A stretch of 32,000 nucleotides of DNA from Bacillus subtilis subsp. subtilis str. 168 (GCF_000009045.1 NC_000964.3:3030001-3062000), one strand, 5' to 3'; counted from the first letter of the stretch, positions 12,593 through 22,625 are shown. Translations and numbers: made by a program. The notes: generated by a model not told the origin, from the sequence alone.

Positions 12593-13294
12593 AATCACTA
12601 TTTCCACACGCCGATTTTCCTTCATGTGTTCATTTGTCTTGTTATCCTTTACTGGCTTTGTATCCGCATAACCGACAGCAATAAAGCGCTTGGAGGGAAG
12701 CTTCTCTTTAGACGTGAAGTATTGAATCACTCCACTTGCCCGTGCTGCTGATAGCTCCCAGTTCGACGGGTATCGGTATGTCGAAATGTTTCGGCTGTCT
12801 GTATGTCCCTCAACCTGAATGTCATTTGGAATTGTTTGAAGAAGAACGGCAATTTGGTGAAGAAGTGTTTCGGCATTTTTCAGCACCTTTGCCTCACCTG
12901 TATCAAACAGCACAGCCTCCTGAAGAACGAGCACGACACCGCGTTCATCCCGTTTGGCTGTCATTTGGGCCTTCAAATGATTGTCTTTTATATATGTATT
13001 TACTTTCTTGAGAAGCTGATCCTGCTGATCCTCTTGCTTCTTCGTATCAGATGGGGATGTATTCTTTTTTTCTATGGATGTTTGGTCCGGCTGAAGCCCG
13101 TTGCCTTCCTTCTGGATCGAGTCCACTGCCGCTTTGAATTTTTGCAGATCGATTTGGGACATCGAAAAGAGTAAAATAAAGAACACAAGGATCAAGGTGA
13201 TCAGATCTGTAAAGGTTACCATCCAGCTGGATGAAGATTGACTGTTTTTTCCGCTTCCATTCCTTCTTTCAAAACGTTCTCTTCTAAGCTTCAT
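12566..13294 (-). CDS. motS: Flagellar stator protein MotS (MotB/OmpA-like, Na+-type stator)
   Basis: 242 aa with an N-terminal TM segment (WMVTFTDLITLILVFFILLFSM) and a C-terminal OmpA-like peptidoglycan-binding domain (NRRVEI). It overlaps the motP end by 11 nt. Confidence 0.93.
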   Translation of the reverse strand: MKLRRERFERRNGSGKNSQSSSSWMVTFTDLITLILVFFILLFSMSQIDLQKFKAAVDSIQKEGNGLQPDQTSIEKKNTSPSDTKKQEDQQDQLLKKVNTYIKDNHLKAQMTAKRDERGVVLVLQEAVLFDTGEAKVLKNAETLLHQIAVLLQTIPNDIQVEGHTDSRNISTYRYPSNWELSAARASGVIQYFTSKEKLPSKRFIAVGYADTKPVKDNKTNEHMKENRRVEIVIKKSKTTSS

Positions 13295-14102
13295 GTACAG
13301 ATCCCTTTTTTGTTTTTACTTGTTTTGGCTGCTTCTGCCATTCTTCCCGTGAGCTGAAAACGACCAGCTGGCTTTCAAGGTTGCGCGGGTTTTTTCCGGA
13401 TTGAACACCGATAATCCCTTCCACCATTACCTGCTTGATGAAAATTTCACTTTCTGTTTTCTCTTCAAGCTTAGCCGCGATCGGGTTGAAGACCATATTT
13501 GCCAGTAATGAACCATATAAAGTCGTCAGAAGCGCAATGGCCATGTTTGGTCCGAGCATATGCGGGTCGTTTAAGTTTTTGAGCATCAGCACAAGCCCGA
13601 CGAGTGTTCCGATCATTCCCCATGCCGGAGCGAATTCTCCCGCTTTTTCAAAAACTCGCCGCCCTTTTCGGTGCCGTTCCTCCATTGCTGCGATTTCTGA
13701 ATCCATGACGAGCCGAATCGTTTCTTCATCCCAGCCGTCAATCGCTAAAAGCAGCCCTTTTTTCAAGAATGGATCTTTGATTTCCCGAGCCTGATCATCC
13801 AATGATAAAAGCCCGTGTTTTCGCGCGTGATCGGAAAGGGAAACAAAGGTTTTCACAAGATCTTTCACATTGTCTTCCTGGCGGATGAATGCCTGCTTTA
13901 ACACAGAGGGCGCTTTTTTCAGCTCACTTGGCGGAAAACTGATAAAAACAGCGGCGCAAAGTCCCCCTGTTACGATGAAGAAAGAGGTCAGATCAAGAAA
14001 AGAGCGGAAACCGCTTACTCCCGATCCTGAAATAATCCCGATAACAATAATAATCGTTCCTAACACAAATCCAACAGGTGTAAGATAATCAAAACGTTTC
14101 AT
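13284..14102 (-). CDS. motP: Flagellar stator channel protein MotP (MotA/TolQ/ExbB family)
   Basis: ORF 13284-14126. The second of the tandem ATGs (14102, MKRFDYL) has better spacing to SD GGGGAG. It is a multi-TM MotA-like protein. Confidence 0.9.
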   Translation of the reverse strand: MKRFDYLTPVGFVLGTIIIVIGIISGSGVSGFRSFLDLTSFFIVTGGLCAAVFISFPPSELKKAPSVLKQAFIRQEDNVKDLVKTFVSLSDHARKHGLLSLDDQAREIKDPFLKKGLLLAIDGWDEETIRLVMDSEIAAMEERHRKGRRVFEKAGEFAPAWGMIGTLVGLVLMLKNLNDPHMLGPNMAIALLTTLYGSLLANMVFNPIAAKLEEKTESEIFIKQVMVEGIIGVQSGKNPRNLESQLVVFSSREEWQKQPKQVKTKKGSVHEA

Positions 14103-14116
14103 CATTTCTCCCCATG

Positions 14117-14153
14117 AAAAAAGCAAGAATTCACCATAAAGGTGAAGCTTGCT
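14117..14153 (-). terminator. ccpA terminator / attenuating stem-loop in front of motP
   Basis: The minus-strand hairpin GCAAGCTTCACC..GGTGAATTCTTGC is followed by T6, then immediately by the motP SD. A stem-loop here is known to limit motPS expression (Terahara et al. 2006). Confidence 0.8.
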
Positions 14154-14164
14154 CTTTGTTTTTC

Positions 14165-15169
14165 TTATGACTTGGTTGACTTTCTAAGCTCTATACGGTG
14201 CGGCAGTTCGACGATATGCTCTTCAACCGGCTCTTTATTCATGAGCTTCGTCAGCAGTCTCATCGCAACGGCGCCGATATCATATGTCGGCTGAACAACT
14301 GTTGAAAGCTGAGGACGAACCATGAGGCTTAATCTTGTATTATCAAAACCGATAATGTCGAGATCCTCCGGAATGGATAAGCCCTGATCCTGAGCGGCAT
14401 GGATAATGCCGAGTGCCATTTCATCAGTTGCAGAAAGAATGGCTGTCGGTTTTTTATCCAGGCTCATCAGATGCTGCAGTGCTTCGAGTCCGGAATCATA
14501 TGTGTAATCCCCTTCAGCTACAAATTGTTCATTAAACGGAAGGTTCGCTTCTTCAAGCGCACGTTTGTAGCCTTGGAGTTTTTTCGAACGGTTGATCGGT
14601 TCTGCCATTGGTCCGGAAACGAACGCGATGTCTGTATGTCCTTTATCAACCAAAAGCTTCACGGCATCATAAATCGCCTGTTCGTAATCGATAGCGACTG
14701 ACGGTGTTTCCTCCTGCTCTTCTACAGAAGCGGCAAGTACAATCGGCACTGGAGAACGCTTAAATTCCGCCACATGCTCGTCCGTAATGTTTCCGCCCAT
14801 AAACACGATGCCGTCCACTTGTTTGCCGAGCATTGTGTTTAACAAGTGCAGCTCTTTCTCCATGTTTTGGTCAGAGTTGCTCAAAATAATATTGTATTTA
14901 TACATTGTCGCGATATCTTCAATTCCGCGCGCAAGCTCTGAATAGAAAATGCTTGAGATATCGGGAATGATGACACCTACAGTTGTTGTTTTTTTACTTG
15001 CCAGCCCTCTTGCCACCGCGTTTGGACGGTAACCGAGACGTTCAATGGCTTCCAAGACTTTTTTCCTCGTTGTCGGTTTTACATTCGGGTTGCCGTTCAC
15101 GACACGGGAAACGGTTGCCATGCTTACATTAGCTTCTCTCGCTACATCGTAGATCGTAATATTGCTCAT
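14165..15169 (-). CDS. ccpA: Catabolite control protein A (LacI family)
   Basis: 334 aa, starting [31 protein letters not shown] (LacI-type HTH). Confidence 0.98.
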
Positions 15170-15406
15170 CCTAAAACCACTCCTTTTACTGGATACACTT
15201 ATCCTTATCTATAGCATAAACACTTTATGTAGAGAAATGTCATAATGTCCGAATTTATGTCGTTTATGATTTGTAAGCGTAAGTCAGTAGTGTACATTAT
15301 TTTTCATTATTCATCAAATTTAATTACTTCTCATGAAATTATACACGTTTTTATAGATGATGAAAACGTATACTTGGTTTTTATAACTAAATAAACGAGA
15401 AAGCAT

Positions 15407-15433
15407 AAAAAAAGGCCGCAGGCGCGGCCTTTT
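15407..15433 (-). terminator. aroA intrinsic terminator
   Basis: The stem GGCCGC / GCGGCC (15414-15429) has a 4-nt loop. On minus it is followed by T7. Confidence 0.8.
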
Positions 15434-15444
15434 GGATTGTTCAA

Positions 15445-16521
15445 TTAAGCGTTGACTTTCACCATTGGCTTCAGTTCATTCAGCCATTTTTCGAATTCAG
15501 GAATCGCCATTTGCTGAGCAGAGTCAGAAAGTGCGACTGACGGATCAGGGTGAACCTCAGCCATTACGCCATCAGCACCGATCGCTAAAGCGGCTTTAGC
15601 TGTCGGAAGCAAGAGGTCACGGCGGCCTGTTGAATGCGTAACATCAACAAAGACTGGCAAATGCGTTTCTTGTTTCAAAATCGGCACAGCTGAAATATCC
15701 AGCGTGTTTCTCGTTGCTGTTTCATATGTTCTGATTCCGCGCTCACAAAGGATAATTTGGTCATTTCCTTGTGACATGATGTATTCAGCAGCATTGATGA
15801 ATTCAGAGATCGTTGCAGCAAGACCGCGCTTCAGAAGCACTGGCTTTTTCACGGCGCCGGCCGCTTTCAGCAATTCGAAGTTTTGCATGTTGCGCGCTCC
15901 GATTTGAATGACATCAATGTAGTCCAGCGCTTCTTCGATATGAGCCGGAGTTACGATTTCACTGATAACCGCCAGATCAAATTCATCCGCTACACGTTTT
16001 AAAATTTGAAGGCCTTCAACACCAAGCCCTTGGAAATCGTATGGGCTCGTACGAGGCTTAAAGGCTCCACCGCGCAAAATTTTAATCCCTTGTTTTTTCG
16101 CAGCTGCAGCGACTTCAGCTACCTGCTCATAGCTCTCTACCGCACATGGGCCGACAATGAATCTTTGCTGGCCGTCTCCGATTTTTTCGCCTTTGATATC
16201 AACAATTGTATCTTCAGGTTTTTTCTTGCGGGAGACAAGCAGCGCTTTGCTGTGATCTTCTTCCTGAAGCTCTAAACCGGCTTTGAATATCTCTTTAAAA
16301 ATGTGCTGGATGGTTGAATTTTCGAACGGCCCGTCATTGTTTTCAATGATATTGTTTAACATTGTGCGTTCTCTGACAGGGTCAAATCGGTTGACACCCT
16401 GTGCTTCCTTCGCTTTACCGATCTCTTTTACAACATTGCCGCGTTCGTTGATTAATTTTAAAATTTGTAGGTTTAATTCGTCTGCTTTCTGCCTTAAAAG
16501 CTCTAACTCTGTGTTGCTCAT
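15445..16521 (-). CDS. aroA: Bifunctional chorismate mutase / DAHP synthase
   Basis: ORF 15445-16545. The ATG at 16521 ([19 protein letters not shown]) lies 9 nt after SD GAAAGGA. It has an N-terminal AroQ-type chorismate mutase domain followed by a type I-beta DAHP synthase. Confidence 0.95.
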
Positions 16522-16680
16522 TTTTTTCATCCTTTCCCTGCACATTCATTTTTTATTTTGTAGTTATCATGCATCTTACTATAAGTAATTCCAAATGGAA
16601 ATACTGAAATACAAAAAATTTTATAAAAACTCTACTTTATTACCCAAACGCTTTTAAGTGATAAAGTAATCTATGAAGCT

Positions 16681-16709
16681 ATCCTACATGATGTGAGGGC
16701 AATGTTCAA
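16681..16709 (-). promoter_or_regulatory. Candidate SigA-type promoter of aroA
   Basis: The minus strand reads TTGAAC (16709-16704), a 17-nt spacer, then TAGGAT (16686-16681). It implies a leader of about 155 nt. A second candidate (TTTCCA-17-TAAGAT) lies closer to the gene. Confidence 0.45.
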
Positions 16710-16720
16710 GGGTTTTTTAC

Positions 16721-16756
16721 AAAAAAAAGCGCCAGATGATATCTGGACGCTTTTTT
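16721..16756. terminator. ytxJ (ytxGHJ operon) terminator
   Basis: The hairpin GCGCCAGAT..ATCTGGACGC (16729-16750) is flanked by A8 and T6. It abuts the ytxJ stop. Confidence 0.85.
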
Positions 16757-17083
16757 CTATGACAAATGCTGCTCAATAGCGGCTTCTGTAATTTGTGAAT
16801 GTGAGGTATGCCATTTCACTTCACCGTTCTGGATGATGAATATCTGAGGGCTTTCATGCTTGACCCCATATGTTTCTGCAATGAAATTGGACAGCGGCCG
16901 GGCTTCTTGTACTTGAAGATAGTAAGCCGGCACATCCTCATGCTGATTTGCAAAGGCATCAAACTCATGAAATGCTGCCTGGCTGATCGGGCATGTGGTG
17001 CTGTGTTTCAAGAAGACGAAAACGCCTTCCTGTTCTGCAATCCGTTTAAATTCTTCCTCAGATTGAATAAGCTGTTTAGCCAT
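16757..17083 (-). CDS. ytxJ: Thioredoxin-fold monothiol protein (bacilliredoxin BrxC/YtxJ)
   Basis: 108 aa with a single-Cys TCPIS motif in a thioredoxin-like fold. Confidence 0.9.
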   Translation of the reverse strand: MAKQLIQSEEEFKRIAEQEGVFVFLKHSTTCPISQAAFHEFDAFANQHEDVPAYYLQVQEARPLSNFIAETYGVKHESPQIFIIQNGEVKWHTSHSQITEAAIEQHLS

Positions 17084-17106
17084 GACTCAAGCTCTTCCTT
17101 CCCTGC

Positions 17107-17562
17107 TCAGCGATTCAACTGCTCAGCCTGTTTTTGTGCATCTTTCAGTTCGTCTTTTACATCTTCTTTCGTCTGGAGGACTTGATCTTTTGTTTCATCA
17201 GCTGCCTGCATCGCTTCTTCCCTCATATCTTGCATTGCAGTCGATGAATCCGTTTTGTCAGATTTGGAACGGTCTCTCAAATCCTTTACCTTGTTCATGA
17301 TCTGTCCAGACTGATCCGCTACAAGCTGTGTGATGTTGGAAGTTTTGTCTTTTGCGATGCTGACATATTGCGTGCCTTTTTCCTTCGCATCTGCCGTCAT
17401 TTTATCAGTTTTGTCCCGTAAGGCAACAGCCTGGCTGCCGAGATCGTCGCGAAGTTCTTTGCCTGATTTAGGCGCTAGAAAAAGAGCTGTAGTGGCACCG
17501 ATGATTCCCCCGATTAAAGTTCCGATTAAAAAATCTTTACTATTAATTCCATCTTTGCTCAT
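17107..17562 (-). CDS. ytxH: General stress protein YtxH (N-terminal TM helix, long charged helical tail)
   Basis: ORF 17107-17565. The second ATG has 7-nt spacing to SD GGAGG. It has a TM segment (FLIGTLIGGIIGATTALFLAP) followed by a K/D/E-rich tail. Confidence 0.9.
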   Translation of the reverse strand: MSKDGINSKDFLIGTLIGGIIGATTALFLAPKSGKELRDDLGSQAVALRDKTDKMTADAKEKGTQYVSIAKDKTSNITQLVADQSGQIMNKVKDLRDRSKSDKTDSSTAMQDMREEAMQAADETKDQVLQTKEDVKDELKDAQKQAEQLNR

Positions 17563-17592
17563 CATTATTCCTCCTCTTAGTATTTTTTTCTC

Positions 17593-18015
17593 TTACAGGG
17601 CTGATTTTTTCTTTTGCTTCCATTTCTCCCAAATTTCCATTGCTGCTTGACTCCAAGTGACAACTTGATTGATCTTATCTTGATTCTCTCTAACTGATGC
17701 CGATACAGACCCTGCCGCTTGTTTCATGGATGTATTGAACTGCTGTACAGAAGCTCCCACTCCTTGAACAGCATGAACGACCGTGTTCAGCTTTTCTGAT
17801 TTTTCCTGAATATCTTCAGCCAGGCGGTTGGTCTTATGTAAAAGCTCGGCTGTTTCAGTTGTGATGCCCTTCATTTGTCCCTCCAGCCCTTCAAGAGTGG
17901 ATGCGACGTTTTTTAGTGTCAGCTGCAGTGACTTCAATGTTTTAGACAAGTAGATCACTAATACGAGAAATGCAACTGCGATGAGTGCAACGCTCAAATA
18001 AAGAATAATAATCAT
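17593..18015 (-). CDS. ytxG: General stress protein YtxG (DUF948-like, N-terminal TM helix)
   Basis: 140 aa with the TM segment [23 protein letters not shown] and SD AAGGAGG. Confidence 0.9.
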
Positions 18016-18048
18016 CTCAAACCTCCTTGCTGCAGGATATACTGCTGT

Positions 18049-18073
18049 TTACCCGTTTTCTTCAATCATAAAC
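18049..18073 (-). promoter_or_regulatory. SigB-type promoter of ytxGHJ
   Basis: The minus strand reads GTTTAT (18073-18068), a 13-nt spacer, then GGGTAA (18054-18049). ytxGHJ is a known SigB-dependent operon. Confidence 0.65.
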
Positions 18074-18149
18074 ATGTGTACTGGGCTGTATACATACTAT
18101 TCTCCGTTATGTAAGAAAATCCTTTAATAAGCTTTCCCATCAGATAAAT

Positions 18150-18176
18150 AAAAAGCAGTGAGATCACTGCTTTTTA
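18150..18176 (-). terminator. murC intrinsic terminator
   Basis: The hairpin GCAGTG..CACTGC (18155-18170) is flanked by A5 and T5, directly after the murC stop. Confidence 0.85.
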
Positions 18177-19475
18177 TTATGCCATGACGTTTTCGTAGGC
18201 TCTCATATATTTTTGGATATCTCCTGCTCCCATGAAGATGAGAACGGCTTTATCATGAGCTTTTAAAACAGATGTGTCATCTTCTTCAATCAGCTTGGCA
18301 TTATGAATTTTTCCCTGGAGATCACCGATCGTCAGCTTTCCGGCATTCTCACGGGCTGAGCCGAAAATATCGCATAAATACACACAGTCGGCGCCGCTCA
18401 GGCTTTCTGCAAATTCGTCAAGGAACTGCTGCGTCCGGGTAAATGTATGAGGCTGGAATACCGCGACAATTTCCCGATCAGGATACTTCTGTCTTGCCGC
18501 CTCGATTGTCACTTTTATTTCTGTCGGATGATGGGCATAGTCATCAATCAGCACTTGATCCCCAAGCTGCTTCTCATTGAATCTGCGTTTGACGCCCCCA
18601 AAGGATTTGAGAGCATGCTTAATGATGCTGGAATCAATTTCTTCATAATGGCATAACGCAATGACCGCCAATGAGTTTAATACATTGTGGTGGCCGTACG
18701 CAGGAATATAAAACGTATCATAGAACGTATTGCGGACAAAGACATCAAAAGTTGTCCCTTCCGTGCTTTTTACGATGTTTCTGGCTTGAAAATCATTTTC
18801 TTCCCCCGTGCCATAATACACAACCGGGACGTTCGCATGGATTTTCGGCAGATGCTCATCGTCTCCGCAGGCAATAATGCCTTTGTTGACTTGAAGAGCC
18901 ATCTCTTGGAAAGCGTCAAATACATCGTCAATGCTTGAGAAGTAATCAGGGTGATCAAAATCAATATTCGTCATAATCGCATAATCTGGCTGATAGCTTA
19001 AGAAATGGCGGCGGTATTCGCACGCTTCAAACACAAAGTATTCGCTGTTTTCATTTCCCTGGCCTGTTCCGTCTCCGATTAAGAAAGACGTCGGTTTTGC
19101 GTTTTGGATCACGTGAGCCAGCAGACCCGTAGTCGACGTTTTGCCGTGTGCGCCCGTAACGGCAACACTCGTGAATTTTTTCATGTAGTCGCCTAAAAAC
19201 TTATGATAACGTATCACCGGAATTCCCTCAGACATCGCTTTTTCTATTTCAGGATGCGTGTCTGGGAATGCGTTTCCGGCGATGACTGTCATGCCGGGTT
19301 TAATATTTTCCGCGCTAAAAGGAAGAATCGTAATATTTCTTTTTTCAAGCGCTGTTTGCGTAAAAATAAATTTTTCGATATCCGATCCTTGGACAGTATA
19401 TCCATTATCATGAAGTATTTGGGCAAGCGGACTCATACCGGTCCCTTTTATTCCAACAAAATGATAAACAGTCAT
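18177..19475 (-). CDS. murC: UDP-N-acetylmuramate--L-alanine ligase
   Basis: 432 aa, with [10 protein letters not shown] and the ATP-binding motif GAHGKTSTT. Confidence 0.97.
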
Positions 19476-19690
19476 AATTGTACCTCCAACAAACGTCTAT
19501 CTGTTCCCCAGTATATGACGCTCATTTCAATTTGCGACCGCGGCGGCTGAAAAGCCTCCCTTAGCGGCGTATTTTATATGTTTTGTTATGTTTAGTATCA
19601 GGTTATTTCTTTCCGATTAAACCCAGATATCAAGATTTGTCTATGCACAGCTGCTGTAAAGCGGCATAGCTGTTAAATGCTCTAAACACT

Positions 19691-19719
19691 ATCATACCAT
19701 GTTTGGTGTGAAAATGAAC
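19691..19719 (-). promoter_or_regulatory. Candidate extended -10 promoter of murC
   Basis: The minus strand reads TGgTATGAT (19699-19691) with a weak -35 (GTTCAT/TTCATT). It implies a leader of about 210 nt. Confidence 0.4.
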
Positions 19720-19724
19720 CCATA

Positions 19725-22583
19725 TTATTCGTTTATTAAATCACTTGCTGTGATCAGCACCTCTCGAGGCTTGCTTCCTTTTGCCTCAGAGATCATGCCT
19801 TCCGCTTCCATCATGTCGATCAGCCTTGCCGCACGATTGTAACCGATTCTGAATCTTCTTTGCAGGCTTGAAGTGCTCGCACTGTTTTGCTCTACAACAA
19901 ACTCACACGCTTCGTAAAACAGTTCGTCCTCTTCTTTCAGGGCAGATCCTTGTCTTACGAGCTCTTCTTGTTCAAATAAATAGGTCGGCGGCATTTGGCT
20001 TCTGACGTGGGAAACGACGCGGTCGATTTCCCGGTCTGACACAAAGTTACCTTGCAGACGAACCGGTTTTCCCGAGCCGTTTTCCAAAAAGAGCATATCC
20101 CCTTTTCCGAGAAGCTTTTCTGCACCGGCTATATCAATAATTGTTCGGGAATCAACCTGGCTTGAGACAGAAAAGGCGATTCTCGTTGGGATATTCGCCT
20201 TAATCAGACCTGTAATGACATCGACTGACGGACGCTGAGTTGCGACGAGAAGATGGATACCGCACGCTCTGGCTTTTTGGGCGATCCGCGCAATGCTTTC
20301 TTCCACATCGTTTGGAGCCACCATCATCAAATCTGCAAGCTCATCAATAATGACAACTAAATACGGCAGCTTTTCACCCATTTGGTGTTCAGCGGTTAAT
20401 TGATTAAAGCGGTCAATGTCGCGGACACCTGAATGGGCAAAAAGCTCATAGCGGCGCTCCATTTCCTCAACGACCCATTTCAAAGCAGCCGTAGCCGCTT
20501 TAGCATCAGTAATGACCGGGCTGACGAGGTGAGGAATTTTATTGTAAGGGGCCAGCTCTACCATTTTCGGATCAATCAGCAGCACCTTTACCTCACTCGG
20601 GTCAGCTTTATAAAGCAGGCTTACTAATATTGTATTGATGCATACGCTTTTTCCGGAGCCTGTAGCGCCGGCAATCAAGCCATGCGGCATTTTCTTCAAG
20701 TCGATAACAACAGGATTTCCCGAAATATCTAATCCCAGCGCAGCTGTGAGCGGTGACTTGCTTGTCCTGAAAGCTGAGCTGCGAATCATTTGGCGCAAAT
20801 CAACCACCTTGCTCGTGCGGTTCGGCACTTCAATTCCGATCGTGTTTTTCCCCGGAATCGGCGCTTCAATCCGAATATCTTTAGCTGAGAGACTGAGTTT
20901 AATATCATCGGACAAGTTGGTGATTTTATTCACCTTTACACCCGGTTCAGGATGCACTTCAAATCTCGTGACAGACGGACCCTGGGTTACATGGACCACA
21001 TTGGCGCGGACATTGAAATTTTTCAAGGTCAAATCAAGAAGCTGACGCTGTTCTTCGATCCACGCAGTATCATCTTGAACCTGCGCTGGCGGGACATCAA
21101 GCAGTGCAACATTCGGAAATACATAGCTGCCGCGGCGCTCCTCTGCTTTTTGCTGTTTATGCGTATCTCTTTTCAGCATCATCACATTAAAAGGAACGGA
21201 TGGCCCTTTTTGAGAAGATGCGCTTTGTTCAGTCCTTTTCTCCTGTACACCAGGCCTTTTTTTCGGCTCTTCTGAAGCTTCGCGAGGTTTGTCTGCGCGA
21301 ATTTCCTGCCGGTTTTCAAGAGTTGCAGTAGACGATTTGGAACCCTGCTCCATGTGTTCAGTTTTCTCAAGCTCTGTATGGCTGTCTGGCTGAACATCTA
21401 TCTTCGTTTCCTGAGCCTCTCCCAGGGTGTCATAATGATTATTTATTATGCTTTCTGATGGCTCTTCTGATTCTTTTGCCACAGTTTCTGCTTGAGCCAG
21501 AGCCTCTGATGAATACTCATGATCAGTAAATAAAGGCTCTTCCTGACGAATGTCCATTTGTTCTTCTTGAACGAACGGGGACTCAGCACCTTCTGCCGCG
21601 TTTTCATGATGATTGTATACTGGGCTGTCTGACGGCTCTTTTGCTTTTTCATCCTCAGATACTGCCTCTGTCTGAGATTCAGGAGCTGTTTGCTCTTCAT
21701 CAAGTTCAGCGGAGAAAACAGGCTCTTCAAATTTCTCTGGCTGCTGCTCCCTTTGTTCTTCCTCAGCCGTTGCAGGCTCTTCGCGGCCTACTTCACTGTC
21801 TGAAAGCCCTTCAGCCGCCGTATCTGTGAGCATCTCAGGCGGTGTTTGCTCTTCGGCTTGTTCAGCTGGGAAGAAAGGCTCCTCTTTTTCCGGCTGTTGA
21901 ACGCCTGACTCAAATGGCACTTTGTTACCTGACGGCTCGGCTGGCCGTTTCGCCAGCGCCTCATCATGCTCCGTATCCTTTCTGTTTAAAACGCCAGAAG
22001 GCTGTTTTTCAAATTGGGTATCCGGGAAGAAAGGACTTTCTATTTTGGAATGCGCCTGTGTGTCTGAAGCAGGATAGCCGCGTTCACGTTCGATCTCTTC
22101 TGACAGCAGTGTTACCTTCTCTTTTACCGATTTATCCGGTTCGTTCAATGTTTCAGAAGGCTTTTTCGGCACATCCTTTTTAACAGATGGTTTTTGATTG
22201 AATCCATAGACAGGCGAAGGGATATTTGTCGGTTTAAACGGTTTCTTCGCCGGCTCTGCTGCTTGATATGTATGCTGCTCTTCTTCATTTCTGGGACGCT
22301 CTCTGTAAGGTGCAGCACTTGGACGAGGCGCGGATTTCGGTTCGTCCGATGGTGTGCGGCGCCTTCTCAGGTCATGATTTTTGTATCCGTCAGGCACGAC
22401 TGGAAAACGGAATTTGCCTTTTGGATATTCATAATATATTTTAGGATCTTCCAATCTTTTTAATTGTCCTTCAGGATGATGTACTTCTTGTTGCTGCGGA
22501 ATTTGAGCGGGTTTTGTCTCCCGTTCAGCATCCTCTTCGCTTTCGCCTAAAAACAAATCAAAAAATTTATGAAGCCAACTCAT
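19725..22583 (-). CDS. sftA: Soluble FtsK/SpoIIIE-family DNA translocase SftA
   Basis: 952 aa with no TM helices. An amphipathic N-terminus (MSWLHKFFDLFLG) is followed by an acidic, proline-rich linker of about 460 aa and then the motor domain. The motor has Walker A GATGSGKS, Walker B VVIIDE and a C-terminal gamma winged helix (SLQRRFRIGYNRAARLIDMME). Confidence 0.95.
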   Translation of the reverse strand: MSWLHKFFDLFLGESEEDAERETKPAQIPQQQEVHHPEGQLKRLEDPKIYYEYPKGKFRFPVVPDGYKNHDLRRRRTPSDEPKSAPRPSAAPYRERPRNEEEQHTYQAAEPAKKPFKPTNIPSPVYGFNQKPSVKKDVPKKPSETLNEPDKSVKEKVTLLSEEIERERGYPASDTQAHSKIESPFFPDTQFEKQPSGVLNRKDTEHDEALAKRPAEPSGNKVPFESGVQQPEKEEPFFPAEQAEEQTPPEMLTDTAAEGLSDSEVGREEPATAEEEQREQQPEKFEEPVFSAELDEEQTAPESQTEAVSEDEKAKEPSDSPVYNHHENAAEGAESPFVQEEQMDIRQEEPLFTDHEYSSEALAQAETVAKESEEPSESIINNHYDTLGEAQETKIDVQPDSHTELEKTEHMEQGSKSSTATLENRQEIRADKPREASEEPKKRPGVQEKRTEQSASSQKGPSVPFNVMMLKRDTHKQQKAEERRGSYVFPNVALLDVPPAQVQDDTAWIEEQRQLLDLTLKNFNVRANVVHVTQGPSVTRFEVHPEPGVKVNKITNLSDDIKLSLSAKDIRIEAPIPGKNTIGIEVPNRTSKVVDLRQMIRSSAFRTSKSPLTAALGLDISGNPVVIDLKKMPHGLIAGATGSGKSVCINTILVSLLYKADPSEVKVLLIDPKMVELAPYNKIPHLVSPVITDAKAATAALKWVVEEMERRYELFAHSGVRDIDRFNQLTAEHQMGEKLPYLVVIIDELADLMMVAPNDVEESIARIAQKARACGIHLLVATQRPSVDVITGLIKANIPTRIAFSVSSQVDSRTIIDIAGAEKLLGKGDMLFLENGSGKPVRLQGNFVSDREIDRVVSHVRSQMPPTYLFEQEELVRQGSALKEEDELFYEACEFVVEQNSASTSSLQRRFRIGYNRAARLIDMMEAEGMISEAKGSKPREVLITASDLINE

Positions 22584-22625
22584 AATTTATCTCTAACTCC
22601 CTTATAGTTTTCTGGGACGGTTTTT

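Noticed and set aside
15271-15285. cre-like sequence TGTAAGCGTAAGTCA upstream of ccpA
   Set aside because: Only the left half-site (TGTAAGCG) fits the cre consensus, and the right half is not palindromic (a C is required at position 14). It is most likely a chance half-site.
15245-15394. Plus-strand 49-codon ORF (MSEFMSFMICKRK...) in the AT-rich ccpA-aroA spacer
   Set aside because: It has only a weak SD (GAGAAA) and no promoter or terminator of its own. It lies antisense to the ccpA upstream region and ends inside the aroA terminator flank. The open frame is notable in AT-rich DNA but is unsupported.
19472-19525. 17-codon upstream ORF ([17 protein letters not shown]) whose TGA overlaps the murC ATG (ATGA)
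   Set aside because: There is no SD-like sequence within 20 nt upstream of its ATG. The overlap geometry is suggestive of translational coupling, but nothing indicates that it is translated.
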